64,000 nt of DNA from assembly GCA_963734495.1 (NCBI GenBank), contig CAVTHK010000016.1, positions 32,001-96,000 on the forward strand, in the 5' to 3' direction. The stretch's first letter is position 1. Every line of letters begins with the position of its first letter. The DNA comes from an uncultured Spirochaetota bacterium (lineage in GTDB: Bacteria > Spirochaetota > Spirochaetia > SZUA-6 > CAVTHK01). The position numbers and the translations under genes are program-made. Positions 51,455-61,392 of the stretch are shown here, piece by piece. Under the pieces are notes generated by a model. It saw only the letters and a program-made list of their open reading frames with translations, ran no database searches and was not told the origin of the DNA.

Positions 51455-51787
51455 CTAGGAGGATTCCTTGAGCCAGCGCCTGAGGACGAGGGCCATCTTT
51501 TCCACGAGAACCTCGCGGCGTCTGGCATGCGGCGCGAGCCAATACATCCGCAGCGCTTCCAGGGGCTGCCGCTGCTTCATATAGAAGTTCCCGAGGCGGA
51601 TGAGGCCGTCGGTGTACTTTGTCGTGAGAAAGATGCGCCTCGCCATGTCGACCTTGCCCTGATTGAAGAGCTCGTTCCCCTTGCGGATGAGCGCGCTCCT
51701 CTTGTCCCCCGCCAGCGCGACCGCCGGTTCGGTGAGCCGGAGGAAGTCGCTGCGCGGCACTCGTTTCAGGGCTTCGTCTGCGCGCAT
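51455..51787 (-). CDS. conserved hypothetical protein
   Basis: 110-aa ORF with coding-like composition (LIRKGNELFNQG...YTDGLIRLG), co-oriented between hisB and the TPR gene. Confidence 0.7.
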   Translation of the reverse strand: MRADEALKRVPRSDFLRLTEPAVALAGDKRSALIRKGNELFNQGKVDMARRIFLTTKYTDGLIRLGNFYMKQRQPLEALRMYWLAPHARRREVLVEKMALVLRRWLKESS

Positions 51788-51838
51788 GGCGCCACATACC
51801 CTAATTTAACAATAATGTTTTCCGCCATCCAAGCGCCG

Positions 51839-52423
51839 TCAGTCGAGCGTCCCCTTGGTCGATCGCACCCCTGCGCGCGGCGTATAGGACCGGTGGAGCG
51901 CCATCCCGAGCGCCTTGAAGAGCGCCTCGACCATGTGGTGGGCGTTCTCGCCGTACTCGACGACGCCGTGCAGGCTGATCCTCGCGCGGCCGGCCAGGGC
52001 GACCCAGAACTCGCGCACCAGGTAAAGGTCGAAGGTCCCCGCCCTGGTCTGAGGGAAATCGGCCCGCAGCACCGGGGTGGGGCGTCCGCAGACGTCGATG
52101 ACGACCCTCGCCAGCGCCTCGTCCATGGGCACTTCGGCCGAGCCGAACCGCTCGACCGGCCCGTGGGCTTCGAGCCACTGGTCGAGAAGTGTTCCCAGAA
52201 CCAGGCCGATATCCTCGACCAGGTGATGAGGGTCCACCTCCAGGTCCCCGGAGGCACGGACTGAGAGTGTCATGCCGCCGTGGAAGGCCATGGCGTGGAG
52301 CATGTGGTCGAAGAAAGGCAGGCCCGTCGAGATCGCGATGTCCCCAGGGGTGTCGGGGCAGACAGTCATCGAGATCTCGGTTTCCGCGGTCTTGCGCGTC
52401 AGGCTCGCCGTGCGCTTCTCCAT
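51839..52423 (-). CDS. hisB: imidazoleglycerol-phosphate dehydratase
   Basis: FFDHML, DPHHLVED, PMDEA, NAHHMVEALFKA, STKG. Confidence 0.95.
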   Translation of the reverse strand: MEKRTASLTRKTAETEISMTVCPDTPGDIAISTGLPFFDHMLHAMAFHGGMTLSVRASGDLEVDPHHLVEDIGLVLGTLLDQWLEAHGPVERFGSAEVPMDEALARVVIDVCGRPTPVLRADFPQTRAGTFDLYLVREFWVALAGRARISLHGVVEYGENAHHMVEALFKALGMALHRSYTPRAGVRSTKGTLD

Positions 52424-52588
52424 GGTCGTCACCGCCACCCGGCCGGATAGCTCGCCGGGTCCCCCTCTCCTGTCGGCCGCGGGGCCGTCCGGGGCGTCCG
52501 GACTGGCCACCCGCTCAGCAAGCTACAGAAAATCGCCCGGCCTGTAAAGCGCGCGCGGTCTCCGTCCGCGGGGGGCAACGCGATGCGC

Positions 52589-54334
52589 TTACTCCCGCTC
52601 GCCGAGCAGGGTCTTGAGCTGGCTGATGTCCGAGACGATTTTTCCCCGGTCGAGGTTCTGGAATCTCTTGGGGACCATTTCGCGGCTCGTGCACTCGAGG
52701 ACGGCCACCAGGTTCTGCAGCTCGATCTCGTGGGGATAGCTGGGCGGGACGAAGTCCCGTATCGTATCTTCGAGGTCGTTCCTGGTGACCATCGCGTGGT
52801 TGTTCATCGCGGCCAGGAACTTGGCCCGGATCAGCACCGATTCCAGGTCTGCGCCGGAAAAATCGAAGTGGTACCTGCGGAACATGTCGGCGATCCGGAC
52901 ATGCTGGATCCTCAAGCTCAGCTTCTGGACCAGCGTGCGGAACAGCTCCTCCTTTTCCTCCATGGATTCGGGGTAGAACAGGGCGAGGTGCTCTTCGGCA
53001 CGGCCCTGGCGCTTGAGGTCGATGGGCAGCAGGTCGGGGCGGCAGGTGATGAGGAACCATATGATCTTGCCGCGGTACTCGGTATCGCCCATGAACGAGG
53101 CAATCTGCGCGAAGATGCGGTTGCTGGTCCCCGAATCGCCCTCCTGGTGGCGGTTGCCGAGGAACGCGTCGGCCTCGTCGATCATGACCCCGACGGGAGC
53201 CATCGCCTTGAGTATGCTCAGCACCTTTTCCAGGTTCGACTCCGTGACCCCCTGCCACTTGGATCGGAAGTTCCGGAACTTCACGATCGGAATTCCGATC
53301 TCGCCGGCAAACGCGGTGACCATGAATGACTTGCCGGTCCCCACCGGGCCGGCTATGAGATAGCCCATTGGAAGGACGTCGAGCCTTCCCTCCTTGATCG
53401 CCCTCGCTGCGCTTTTGAACCGCTTTTTGACGAAGTCGTGCCCCGAAATCATGGAAAGGTCGTACGGCGACTCGAGGAACTCCAGCAGACCGGCCGCCTC
53501 GCTCTCGATGATCTCCTTCTTTTTGCGCCTCAGGTACTCCATGTCGAGCTCGCGGTCCTCCTGGTAGCTCTCCGCCGCGAGCCGGTTGAGGTTCATCAGG
53601 TTGAGCCCGCTGGTGATCTTGGAGATCTCCTTGGTGCCCAGGCCGTCCGCCACCAGCAGCTTGTCTTCGCGCTCGAGGAAATCCAGGAAAGAGAGCCGCA
53701 CGGTCTCGTCGGGAAAGGGGATCTCGACCTTGATCGTGCTCGGCGAGCGGACGAGCCGGGCGCTCACGTCGTTGAGGTTTTCCGTGAGCAGGATGATGGA
53801 GACGTCGCCCTGCGTGAAGATCGGGTCGTGAGCCCACCGGTTGAGCGTGACCAGGCAGAAACGGTCCTCATCCGTGTAACGGGAGATCTCCGCGTTCGGG
53901 ACGAGGGTCTCGGCATAGTCCACGATCAGGACGATGCGGAGGTTCTCCTTGATCCGGTGGTAGAAGTAGCGCTCCAGGTTGCGAAAGGCGCGCACCGGGT
54001 TGGCGGACAGAAGCCCTGACGGGTCCGGCACCAGCTGGTGCATGACCGCCTCGTACTCCTGCTTCATGTCCTCGTTGCAGAATGAGACGCCGGAGGAGCG
54101 GTCGTAGTAGACGATGATGTCCCGGTTGCCGAAAAGCACATCCGACACGTAGCCCTGGATCTTGGCAAAATCGAACTCGCCTTCCTTCATCTTGTGGGGA
54201 AGGAAGTCGGTGATGTTGCCGTGCAGGATATAGAGGTTGGCGGTCTTGGAAAGGTACTTGTACGATAGCTCCTGCGCCCACGCCGGCAGGACACGGATGA
54301 ACGGCAGGTTCTTGAGAATGAGCTGCTCAGCCAT
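52589..54334 (-). CDS. AAA+ ATPase (Ycf46/SpoVK/Vps4-like) with degenerate N-terminal and intact C-terminal AAA module
   Basis: GPVGTGKS, MIDEAD, RQGR; true start MAEQLI after SD gggagg. Confidence 0.88.
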   Translation of the reverse strand: MAEQLILKNLPFIRVLPAWAQELSYKYLSKTANLYILHGNITDFLPHKMKEGEFDFAKIQGYVSDVLFGNRDIIVYYDRSSGVSFCNEDMKQEYEAVMHQLVPDPSGLLSANPVRAFRNLERYFYHRIKENLRIVLIVDYAETLVPNAEISRYTDEDRFCLVTLNRWAHDPIFTQGDVSIILLTENLNDVSARLVRSPSTIKVEIPFPDETVRLSFLDFLEREDKLLVADGLGTKEISKITSGLNLMNLNRLAAESYQEDRELDMEYLRRKKKEIIESEAAGLLEFLESPYDLSMISGHDFVKKRFKSAARAIKEGRLDVLPMGYLIAGPVGTGKSFMVTAFAGEIGIPIVKFRNFRSKWQGVTESNLEKVLSILKAMAPVGVMIDEADAFLGNRHQEGDSGTSNRIFAQIASFMGDTEYRGKIIWFLITCRPDLLPIDLKRQGRAEEHLALFYPESMEEKEELFRTLVQKLSLRIQHVRIADMFRRYHFDFSGADLESVLIRAKFLAAMNNHAMVTRNDLEDTIRDFVPPSYPHEIELQNLVAVLECTSREMVPKRFQNLDRGKIVSDISQLKTLLGERE

Positions 54335-54368
54335 TTCCCCTCCCAGAACAAATGGCCTCTGGAACCGA

Positions 54369-54397
54369 AGCTTAGTTCGCGTCGGGGCAGATGTCAA
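54369..54397 (-). promoter_or_regulatory. sigma70 promoter of the AAA ATPase gene
   Basis: TTGACA-N17-TAAGCT on the minus strand. Confidence 0.65.
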
Positions 54398-54443
54398 GGA
54401 CAGGGATGTCCCCGAAGGCCCAAGCCCGCGAAGCGGGGTTGGG

Positions 54444-54545
54444 TTGCCCGGGCGCGCCAGGGATGGCGCGGCGCCCGGGCTGGGACAAGCGCCCTTGCCC
54501 GGGCGCGCCAGGGATGGCGCGGCGCCCGGGCTGGGACAAGCGCCC
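54444..54545. repeat. perfect 51-bp tandem repeat x2 inside a REP-like palindromic element
   Basis: ttgcccgggcgcgccagggatggcgcggcgcccgggctgggacaagcgccc at 54444 and 54495. Confidence 0.93.
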
Positions 54546-54739
54546 TGGCCCCCGAAGGCCCCGAGCGCAGCGAGGGGGTGCGTACCCGCCGGGCAAGGTT
54601 CGCGGGTGTTTTGGCCCCGCCCGCGCCCGGTGGCGGCCGAAGCGGCCCGGCGCGGGCTTCCGTTGATCAGTTGAGCGGGAACTAGATATAGTGAAACGAG
54701 AGTCCTGTGCGGGCAGCGGCAGGCCTTCGAGAGGGTCGT

Positions 54740-55225
54740 GTGGCTGAGATCGTCGTATACACGGACGGCGGCTGTTCGGGCAATCCCGGCCCGGGCGGCT
54801 GGGCGTACGTGATGCAGTGGGACGGGCAGGAATCGCGCGTGTCGGGCGGCGAGACAGCCACCACCAACAACCGCATGGAGCTGCGTGCCGTCATCGAGGC
54901 GCTCAAGGCCGTCGGGGCGCGGGCCCTCGCGGGGCCGGTGCAGGTCCACACGGACTCGACGTACGTCAAGAACGGGATCACCACCTGGATCCAGCGGTGG
55001 GAGCGCAACGGCTGGAGGACGTCGGCCAAGGCCGCGGTCAAGAACCGCGAGCTGTGGGAGCAGCTGCGCGAGCTGACGAAACGGCTGCCGGTCGGTTGGC
55101 ACTGGGTCACGGCGCACAGCGGCATCGTTCTCAACGAGGCCTGCGACTCGCTGGTGCAGGAGGAGATCCGCAAGCTGACAGGGGCCGGGGGCCGGCAGGG
55201 CGACCCTGGCGCCTCCCGGAGGTAA
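54740..55225 (+). CDS. rnhA: ribonuclease HI
   Basis: YTDGGCSGNPGPGG, TNNRMEL, TDS, HSG..NE.CD. Confidence 0.96.
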   Translation: MAEIVVYTDGGCSGNPGPGGWAYVMQWDGQESRVSGGETATTNNRMELRAVIEALKAVGARALAGPVQVHTDSTYVKNGITTWIQRWERNGWRTSAKAAVKNRELWEQLRELTKRLPVGWHWVTAHSGIVLNEACDSLVQEEIRKLTGAGGRQGDPGASRR

Positions 55226-55232
55226 GGAAGCC

Positions 55233-56435
55233 ATGCGTTACTACACTTCGCGACAAGCGCTCCTCGTGGGCGTTCTGTGCGTGGCAGCCACCCTGGCGGT
55301 CACCGGCGTGCTCGGCCTCTTCGGCCTGCCGATGGGCCTGCGCCTCGGGCCCGACCGGGCCGCGGTGCGGCCGCAGGCGGCGATCTCCGGCACTCCAGCG
55401 CAGTTCACCGAGACCATGCCCTCGGTTTCCGCGGGGGACTACTCCCTGGACGAGCGCCAGAACATCGACGTCTACAAGAGGCTCAACAGTGGCGTCGTCA
55501 ACGTCACGTCGATCACCTTCTCCTATAACTGGTTCCTGGAACCCACCCCCCAGGAGGGCACGGGCTCGGGCTCGATCATCAACCAGGACGGCTACGTGCT
55601 GACCAACTACCACGTGGTCAAGGACGCGGAGAAGCTCACCATCACCCTCGCGGACAACTCGAACTTCGAGGGCAGGGTGGTGGGCGTCGACGAGGAGAAC
55701 GACCTGGCCGTGGTCAAGTTCGACCCCAAGGGCAAGCGCCTCACGACTGTTCCCCTGGGCACTTCGCAGGGGCTGCAGGTCGGGCAGAAGGTGCTCGCGA
55801 TCGGCAACCCGTTCGCGCTCGAGCGCACGCTGACCACCGGGATCGTCTCGGGGCTCGCGCGGCCGGTGCGCACGGGCGACGGGATCATCATCAAGGAGAT
55901 GATCCAGACCGACGCCTCGATCAACCCCGGCAACTCGGGCGGGCCCCTGCTGAACTCGCGGGGCGAGATGATCGGCATCAACACGATGATCTACTCGCCT
56001 TCGGGCGGGTCCGTCGGGATCGGGTTCGCCGTGCCGGTCGACACGGCCAGACGCGTGATCCCGGACCTCATCAAGTTCGGCTCGGTCAAGCGCGGCTGGA
56101 TCGACATCGTGCCGGTGCAGCTCTTTCCGCAGCTCGTCCGGTACGCCGACCTTCCCGTGAGCCAGGGCGTGCTCGTGTCCGAGGTGACGGCCGGCGGCAA
56201 CGCCGAAAAGGCCGGCATCCAGGGCGGCAGCCAGAGGAGGGCCGTGCGCGCCGGCCGCAACGTCATCTACCTCGGAGGCGACATCATCGTCGACGTGGGA
56301 GGGACGGCGGTCAACAGCCTCGGCGATCTCTACAGCGCGCTCGAGGACAAGAAGCCCGGAGAAAAAGTACAGGTCAGGGTCATGCGCGGCCGGTCCGAGA
56401 AGATGCTCGAAGTGACCCTGTCAGAGCGGAAGTAA
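55233..56435 (+). CDS. htrA: HtrA/DegP-family serine protease with one PDZ domain
   Basis: TNYHV, DLAV, INPGNSGGPL; N-terminal TM. Confidence 0.93.
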   Translation: MRYYTSRQALLVGVLCVAATLAVTGVLGLFGLPMGLRLGPDRAAVRPQAAISGTPAQFTETMPSVSAGDYSLDERQNIDVYKRLNSGVVNVTSITFSYNWFLEPTPQEGTGSGSIINQDGYVLTNYHVVKDAEKLTITLADNSNFEGRVVGVDEENDLAVVKFDPKGKRLTTVPLGTSQGLQVGQKVLAIGNPFALERTLTTGIVSGLARPVRTGDGIIIKEMIQTDASINPGNSGGPLLNSRGEMIGINTMIYSPSGGSVGIGFAVPVDTARRVIPDLIKFGSVKRGWIDIVPVQLFPQLVRYADLPVSQGVLVSEVTAGGNAEKAGIQGGSQRRAVRAGRNVIYLGGDIIVDVGGTAVNSLGDLYSALEDKKPGEKVQVRVMRGRSEKMLEVTLSERK

Positions 56436-56447
56436 GGGACACCGGGC

Positions 56448-58445
56448 GTGCCTCGTTTCAAGGTGGTGGCCGACTATGGCCCCGCGGGCGACCAGCAGCA
56501 GGCAATCGAGGCCCTCACCGCCGGCGTCAGGAACGGCGACCGGCACCAGGTGCTCAAGGGGGTGACCGGCAGCGGGAAGACCTTCACCATGGCCAAGATC
56601 ATCGAGGCCACCCAGCTCCCGACCCTGGTGATCTCGCACAACAAGACGCTGGCCGCCCAGCTTTACCGCGAGTTCAAGGGGTTCCTCCCCGAGAATGCGG
56701 TCGAGTACTTCGTCTCCTACTACGACTATTACCAGCCCGAGGCGTACGTCCCGAGCCGGGACCTTTACATCGCCAAGGATGCCTCGATCAACGACGACAT
56801 CGACCGCCTGAGGCTCTCGACCACGACGTCGCTGCTGGAGAGGCGCGACGTCGTCGTCGTGGCAACGGTGTCCTGCATCTATGGCATCGGCGACCCCGGC
56901 GACTACCGCGACATGCGCATCTCGATCCGCCGCGGCGACCGGGTGCGCATCGGCGAGACCCTCCGCCAGCTCGTCTCGCTGCAGTACGTGCGCAACGACG
57001 CGGTCCTCGAGCGTTCGCGCTTCCGCCTGCGGGGCGACGTGCTCGAGGTCTACCCGTCCTACTCGGAGGAGGCGGTGCGCATCGAGCTCGCCTGGGACGA
57101 GGTGGAACGCATCCGCCGTTTCCACCCGGTCTCAGGAGAGACGCTCGAGGAGCTCGAAAGCGTCACGATCTATCCCGCCAAGTACTTCGTGCTCCCCGAG
57201 CAGCGCGTGCGCACGGCGGTCGAGCGGATCAAGGACGAGCTCGCCGAGCGTTACGAGCACTTCCTGTCCAAGGGGAAGCAGCTCGAGGCGGAGCGGATCA
57301 AGAGCCGCACCGACTACGACCTGGAGATGCTGGAGTCCATGGGTTACTGCCCGGGCATCGAGAACTACTCCGCCCCTCTCGCCGGCCGCAAGGCGGGAGA
57401 GAGGCCCGCGGTGCTGCTCGACTTCTTCCCCGAGGACGCGCTCACGTTCATCGACGAGTCGCACGTCACGATCCCGCAGATCCGCGGGATGTACGAGGGC
57501 GACCGCTCGCGCAAGCTCACGCTCGTGGACTTCGGCTTCCGGCTGCCGTCGGCCATGGACAACCGGCCGCTGTACTTCGGCGAGTTCGAGCTGCTGCAAG
57601 GCCGCACGATCTACGTGTCGGCCACGCCGGGACCGGAGGAGCTGCGAAAGTCCGTCCGGATGGTGGAGCAGGTCATCAGGCCCACGGGCCTGGTCGACCC
57701 GGAGATCGAGGTGAGGCCGAGCCAGGGCCAGATCGAGGACCTGTACGGGGAGATTCGCAAGCGCGTGGCTGCGGACGAGCGCGTGCTGGTGACCGTGCTC
57801 ACCAAGAAGATGGCGGAGGACCTCACGGACTACCTCTCAGACCTCGGGCTCAAGGTGCGATACCTCCACGCCGAGGTCGAGACGTTCGAACGGGTCGAGC
57901 TGCTCAAGGGGCTGCGCAGCGGAGACTTCGACATCCTCGTGGGCATCAACCTCCTGCGGGAAGGGCTCGACCTCCCCGAGGTCTCGCTGATCGCGATCGT
58001 CGACGCCGACAAGATCGGCTTCCTGCGCTCGGCGACCTCCCTCATCCAGACGATCGGAAGGGCGGCGCGCAACGTCAACGGCAGGGTGATCATGTACGCG
58101 GACAGGGTCTCCGACGCCATGAAAGAGGCGATCGAGGAGACCCAGAGGCGCCGGACCAGGCAGACCCTCTACAACCGGGAGCACGGCATCACGCCGCAGA
58201 CCATCCACAAGTCGATCCAGGACATCCTCGTCCGGCAGCGCGACGAGAAACGCGACAGCGAGTCGGTCAACGTCGAGGTGCTCAAGCGCAGCTACAATGT
58301 CCTCCTGCCCAGGGACAGGGCGGCGCTGCGGAAACGGCTGGAGGAAGAGATGCTCGAGCTCGCCAAGAACCTCGAGTTCGAGGGTGCCGCGCTCGTGCGC
58401 GACGAGATCCGCAAGCTCGACCAGATGTCGGGAGGCTCGAAGTGA
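56448..58445 (+). CDS. uvrB: excinuclease ABC subunit B
   Basis: GVTGSGKT, YYDYYQPEAY, DESH, QTIGRAARN. Confidence 0.99.
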   Translation: MPRFKVVADYGPAGDQQQAIEALTAGVRNGDRHQVLKGVTGSGKTFTMAKIIEATQLPTLVISHNKTLAAQLYREFKGFLPENAVEYFVSYYDYYQPEAYVPSRDLYIAKDASINDDIDRLRLSTTTSLLERRDVVVVATVSCIYGIGDPGDYRDMRISIRRGDRVRIGETLRQLVSLQYVRNDAVLERSRFRLRGDVLEVYPSYSEEAVRIELAWDEVERIRRFHPVSGETLEELESVTIYPAKYFVLPEQRVRTAVERIKDELAERYEHFLSKGKQLEAERIKSRTDYDLEMLESMGYCPGIENYSAPLAGRKAGERPAVLLDFFPEDALTFIDESHVTIPQIRGMYEGDRSRKLTLVDFGFRLPSAMDNRPLYFGEFELLQGRTIYVSATPGPEELRKSVRMVEQVIRPTGLVDPEIEVRPSQGQIEDLYGEIRKRVAADERVLVTVLTKKMAEDLTDYLSDLGLKVRYLHAEVETFERVELLKGLRSGDFDILVGINLLREGLDLPEVSLIAIVDADKIGFLRSATSLIQTIGRAARNVNGRVIMYADRVSDAMKEAIEETQRRRTRQTLYNREHGITPQTIHKSIQDILVRQRDEKRDSESVNVEVLKRSYNVLLPRDRAALRKRLEEEMLELAKNLEFEGAALVRDEIRKLDQMSGGSK

Positions 58446-58807
58446 GGGCGCTCGTGCTGCTCGCTGTGGTGCTCGTCATCGGGTCGTGCGGAGCGCGTCA
58501 GGAGGAGACGATCGTCCTGCCCGCGACGCCGGTGATCTCGGTGGCCTCGCGCTGGGCCGTGGTGACGAGCAACTACATGCGCATGCGAACGCGCCCTTCC
58601 GAGAGCGCCGAAGTGGTCGAGGGCCTCCCTCGCGGGACGGTGGTCGAGGTGGTCGGCACCAGCGACACTCAGGCGACCGTCGAGGGGCAGAAGGCCTACT
58701 GGCTCCAGCTCAACATCGAAGGGCTTCGCGGTTGGGGGTTCGGCGCGCACCTCCAGGTGGTCGAATCGCGCGCGAGGGCCCAGGCGATCGCCGCGGAGCT
58801 CAGATGA
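58442..58807 (+). CDS. SH3b-domain lipoprotein
   Basis: Lipobox-like IGSC; MRMRTRPS...LPRGTVVEV...GWGFG. Confidence 0.75.
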   Translation: MRALVLLAVVLVIGSCGARQEETIVLPATPVISVASRWAVVTSNYMRMRTRPSESAEVVEGLPRGTVVEVVGTSDTQATVEGQKAYWLQLNIEGLRGWGFGAHLQVVESRARAQAIAAELR

Positions 58808-60372
58808 GCCCGGAGCTGGTCCGGCTGCTCACCACCTGGGTCCTGCCGCCCGTCCTCGGGGCCGTCATCGGCTACGTCACCAATGACATCGCGATCCGGA
58901 TGCTCTTCAGGCCGCTCAAGGAATGGCGCGTCCTGGGGATCCGCGTTCCGTTCACCCCGGGCATCATCCCGAAGCAGAGGCTCGCGCTCGCCGAGAGCAT
59001 CGGACGCATGGTCTCCGAGCACCTCATCACCGAAGACGCGATCAGGGAGCACCTTACGGCGGACGAATTCCGCAGCAGCCTCACCACGAGCATCAGCTCC
59101 CTCACGCAGCGCGCCCTGGACGCGAGCCCTTCGAGCCTGAGCCGCAGCGCCCTGGGCCTCTGGAACGGCTCGCTGCGCTCGCTCGCCGGCGGCATCCTCG
59201 GGCGCTTCCTGCGGTCGGCGGGCTTTCTCGCCTCCGTCCGGTCGGTCGTGGCCAGGCTGGTCGCGGCGCTCGGAGACCGGCTTCTGTCCGAAACGGCGAA
59301 CGCCGAGGGCCTCAAGAAGATCGCGCGCATGCGGATCGTCCCGCTGCTCGCCGGCGGAAAGGCGGCGGGATGGGCCAAAGCGGCCGTCGCGCGCTGGGCC
59401 CGCCGTCACGTGACGGAAAACACGCCGGTCGAGCAGTTGCTGCCGGACAGCGCCGTCGAAGGGCTCACCGACGCGCTCCGCGCCGCCTTTCCGAGCATCC
59501 GGCGCGCGCTGCTCTCGTGGCTGCAGGCCCCGGCGGCGCGGCAGGAGCTGGAGACGCGCGGGCGGCTGTTTCTGCGCGACGCGCTCGACCGGCTCAACAG
59601 CCTTCAGCGTTTCTTCGTCTCCGTGGGACAGTACGACCGGACCCTGCACGACAAGATGCCCGAGATCGTGGACGACGCCCTGCGGCACCTCCAGGCGTTC
59701 CTCGAGGACCCGGCGAGCGCCGAGCGCTTCGCCGATTCGGTGCGCTCGGGCCTGCTGGGCCTTCGGCGCAAGGGTCTGCGCGACCTGGGCGCGGAGTGGG
59801 GAGTCGACCTCTCGGAGCGCCTTCCGGCGCTGGCGGAACGCTTGGTGGGCGCGATCGACGCGGACAGGCTCGCGCAGTTGATGGAGGACGGCTTGGACCG
59901 CTTTTTCGACGAGAACGGGACGCGGAGCCTCCGCGAGCTCGCGGGCCGGCTGCTCGGGCTCCAGGAGAACGAGGTCGTCGACGGCGTGAGCAACGCCGTG
60001 CTCGGCTACCTGACGCGCGGAGAGACGGCCGCGAGGCTCGCCGAAACGCTCGAAGGCTTCCTCGGCGGGCTGCTCTCGCAGGAGCGTCCGATCGGAGAGC
60101 TCATCGGGATCGATGCGGCCGGCAAGGCGAGCGTCGACGAGTTCCTGAACGAGCGCGCCCGCGACCTCCTCCAGGCACGGTTGCCCGAGTTCGTGCAGGG
60201 TTTCGACATCCGCCGGATGGTCGTCGACCGCATCAACAAGCTGGATGTCGCGCAGGTCGAGTCGCTGCTGATGATCGTGATCGCGAAGCACCTCAAGTGG
60301 ATCAACGTCTTCGGGGCGCTGCTCGGCGCGGTCATCGGCCTCATCCAGTCGGTGGTGTCCCTGCTGACGTGA
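58804..60372 (+). CDS. DUF445-family membrane protein
   Basis: GAVIGYVTNDIAIRMLFRP, GIIPK, HLKWINVFGALLG. Confidence 0.9.
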   Translation: MSPELVRLLTTWVLPPVLGAVIGYVTNDIAIRMLFRPLKEWRVLGIRVPFTPGIIPKQRLALAESIGRMVSEHLITEDAIREHLTADEFRSSLTTSISSLTQRALDASPSSLSRSALGLWNGSLRSLAGGILGRFLRSAGFLASVRSVVARLVAALGDRLLSETANAEGLKKIARMRIVPLLAGGKAAGWAKAAVARWARRHVTENTPVEQLLPDSAVEGLTDALRAAFPSIRRALLSWLQAPAARQELETRGRLFLRDALDRLNSLQRFFVSVGQYDRTLHDKMPEIVDDALRHLQAFLEDPASAERFADSVRSGLLGLRRKGLRDLGAEWGVDLSERLPALAERLVGAIDADRLAQLMEDGLDRFFDENGTRSLRELAGRLLGLQENEVVDGVSNAVLGYLTRGETAARLAETLEGFLGGLLSQERPIGELIGIDAAGKASVDEFLNERARDLLQARLPEFVQGFDIRRMVVDRINKLDVAQVESLLMIVIAKHLKWINVFGALLGAVIGLIQSVVSLLT

Positions 60373-60409
60373 GGCGGTGCTCCGTCGCCTCGGGGGGCGG
60401 GGCAGCGGG

Positions 60410-61315
60410 CTAGATGACCCGGCGCGCGTCTTCGCTCTGCGCCACGACGTTCTCCGCCGTGTAGTAGATCTTGCTGTACGCGGGGACAGACTCGATCAGC
60501 CAGACGTTCCCGCCGATGACCGACCCCTTGCCGATGACCGTCTCGCCCCCGAGGATCGTAGCGCCGGGATAGATCGTCACGTCGTCCTCGATGGTCGGGT
60601 GCCGCTTGGTGTTGCCTTCTTCCTTGCGGACGCTTCGGGCGCCGAGCGTGACCCCGTGATAGATCTTGACGTTGTCGCCGATGATGGTGGTCTCGCCGAT
60701 CACGACACCGGTGCCGTGATCGATGAAGAACGACCGCCCGATCGTGGCTCCCGGATGGATGTCGATGCCCGTCTTGCCGTGGATGTACTCGGTCATCATG
60801 CGCGGCAGCAGGGGGATGCCGACGATCCAGAATTCGTGCGCGATCCGGTACATCATGATCGCTTCCAGGCCGGGATAGGCGAGGATGATCTCCTCGGTGA
60901 ACTTGGCGGCCGGATCTCCCTGGAAGAGCGCCTCCACGTCGAGCTGGAGCTGCTTGCGGATCGCCGGCAGTCGCGAGAGTATGGCGAGGACCCTCTCTTC
61001 GGCCTCCCCCCGTGCGCCCGCGATCAGCCCGTCCCGCCCTTCGGTCCGATACTTGAACTCCAGGCTCTTCTGGGTCTCGACCATGAGGTTCTTCGCGATG
61101 CGCGTGAGCTTCTCACCGAGCACGTACCGGACATTCAGGCGGTCCAGGTTGGCCTCGCCGCGGTAGCCTGGGAACATCACGGACTCGAGCTCGTCGACGA
61201 TGGCCGTCACGCTCTCCCGGGACGGCAGGTTGGTGCCGTCGAGATGGTTGATCCCGCCGTCCACGTCGTACGAATCCAGTATCGTCGCGATGACCCTGTC
61301 GAGCCTTACTTTCAT
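60410..61315 (-). CDS. cysE: serine O-acetyltransferase
   Basis: [31 protein letters not shown]. Confidence 0.95.
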   Translation of the reverse strand: MKVRLDRVIATILDSYDVDGGINHLDGTNLPSRESVTAIVDELESVMFPGYRGEANLDRLNVRYVLGEKLTRIAKNLMVETQKSLEFKYRTEGRDGLIAGARGEAEERVLAILSRLPAIRKQLQLDVEALFQGDPAAKFTEEIILAYPGLEAIMMYRIAHEFWIVGIPLLPRMMTEYIHGKTGIDIHPGATIGRSFFIDHGTGVVIGETTIIGDNVKIYHGVTLGARSVRKEEGNTKRHPTIEDDVTIYPGATILGGETVIGKGSVIGGNVWLIESVPAYSKIYYTAENVVAQSEDARRVI

Positions 61316-61392
61316 GCACGCCCTCGCTTTGCCCCGAAGTATACCCCGCCTCTCGCCCCCGGCGGCGCTCGGCGACCCGCTGCGTCAGGCGC

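Noticed and set aside
52589..55234. 881-aa AAA protein with a repetitive N-terminus
   Set aside because: The extension reads through rnhA antisense and the intergenic repeat; SD and promoter indicate a start at 54334
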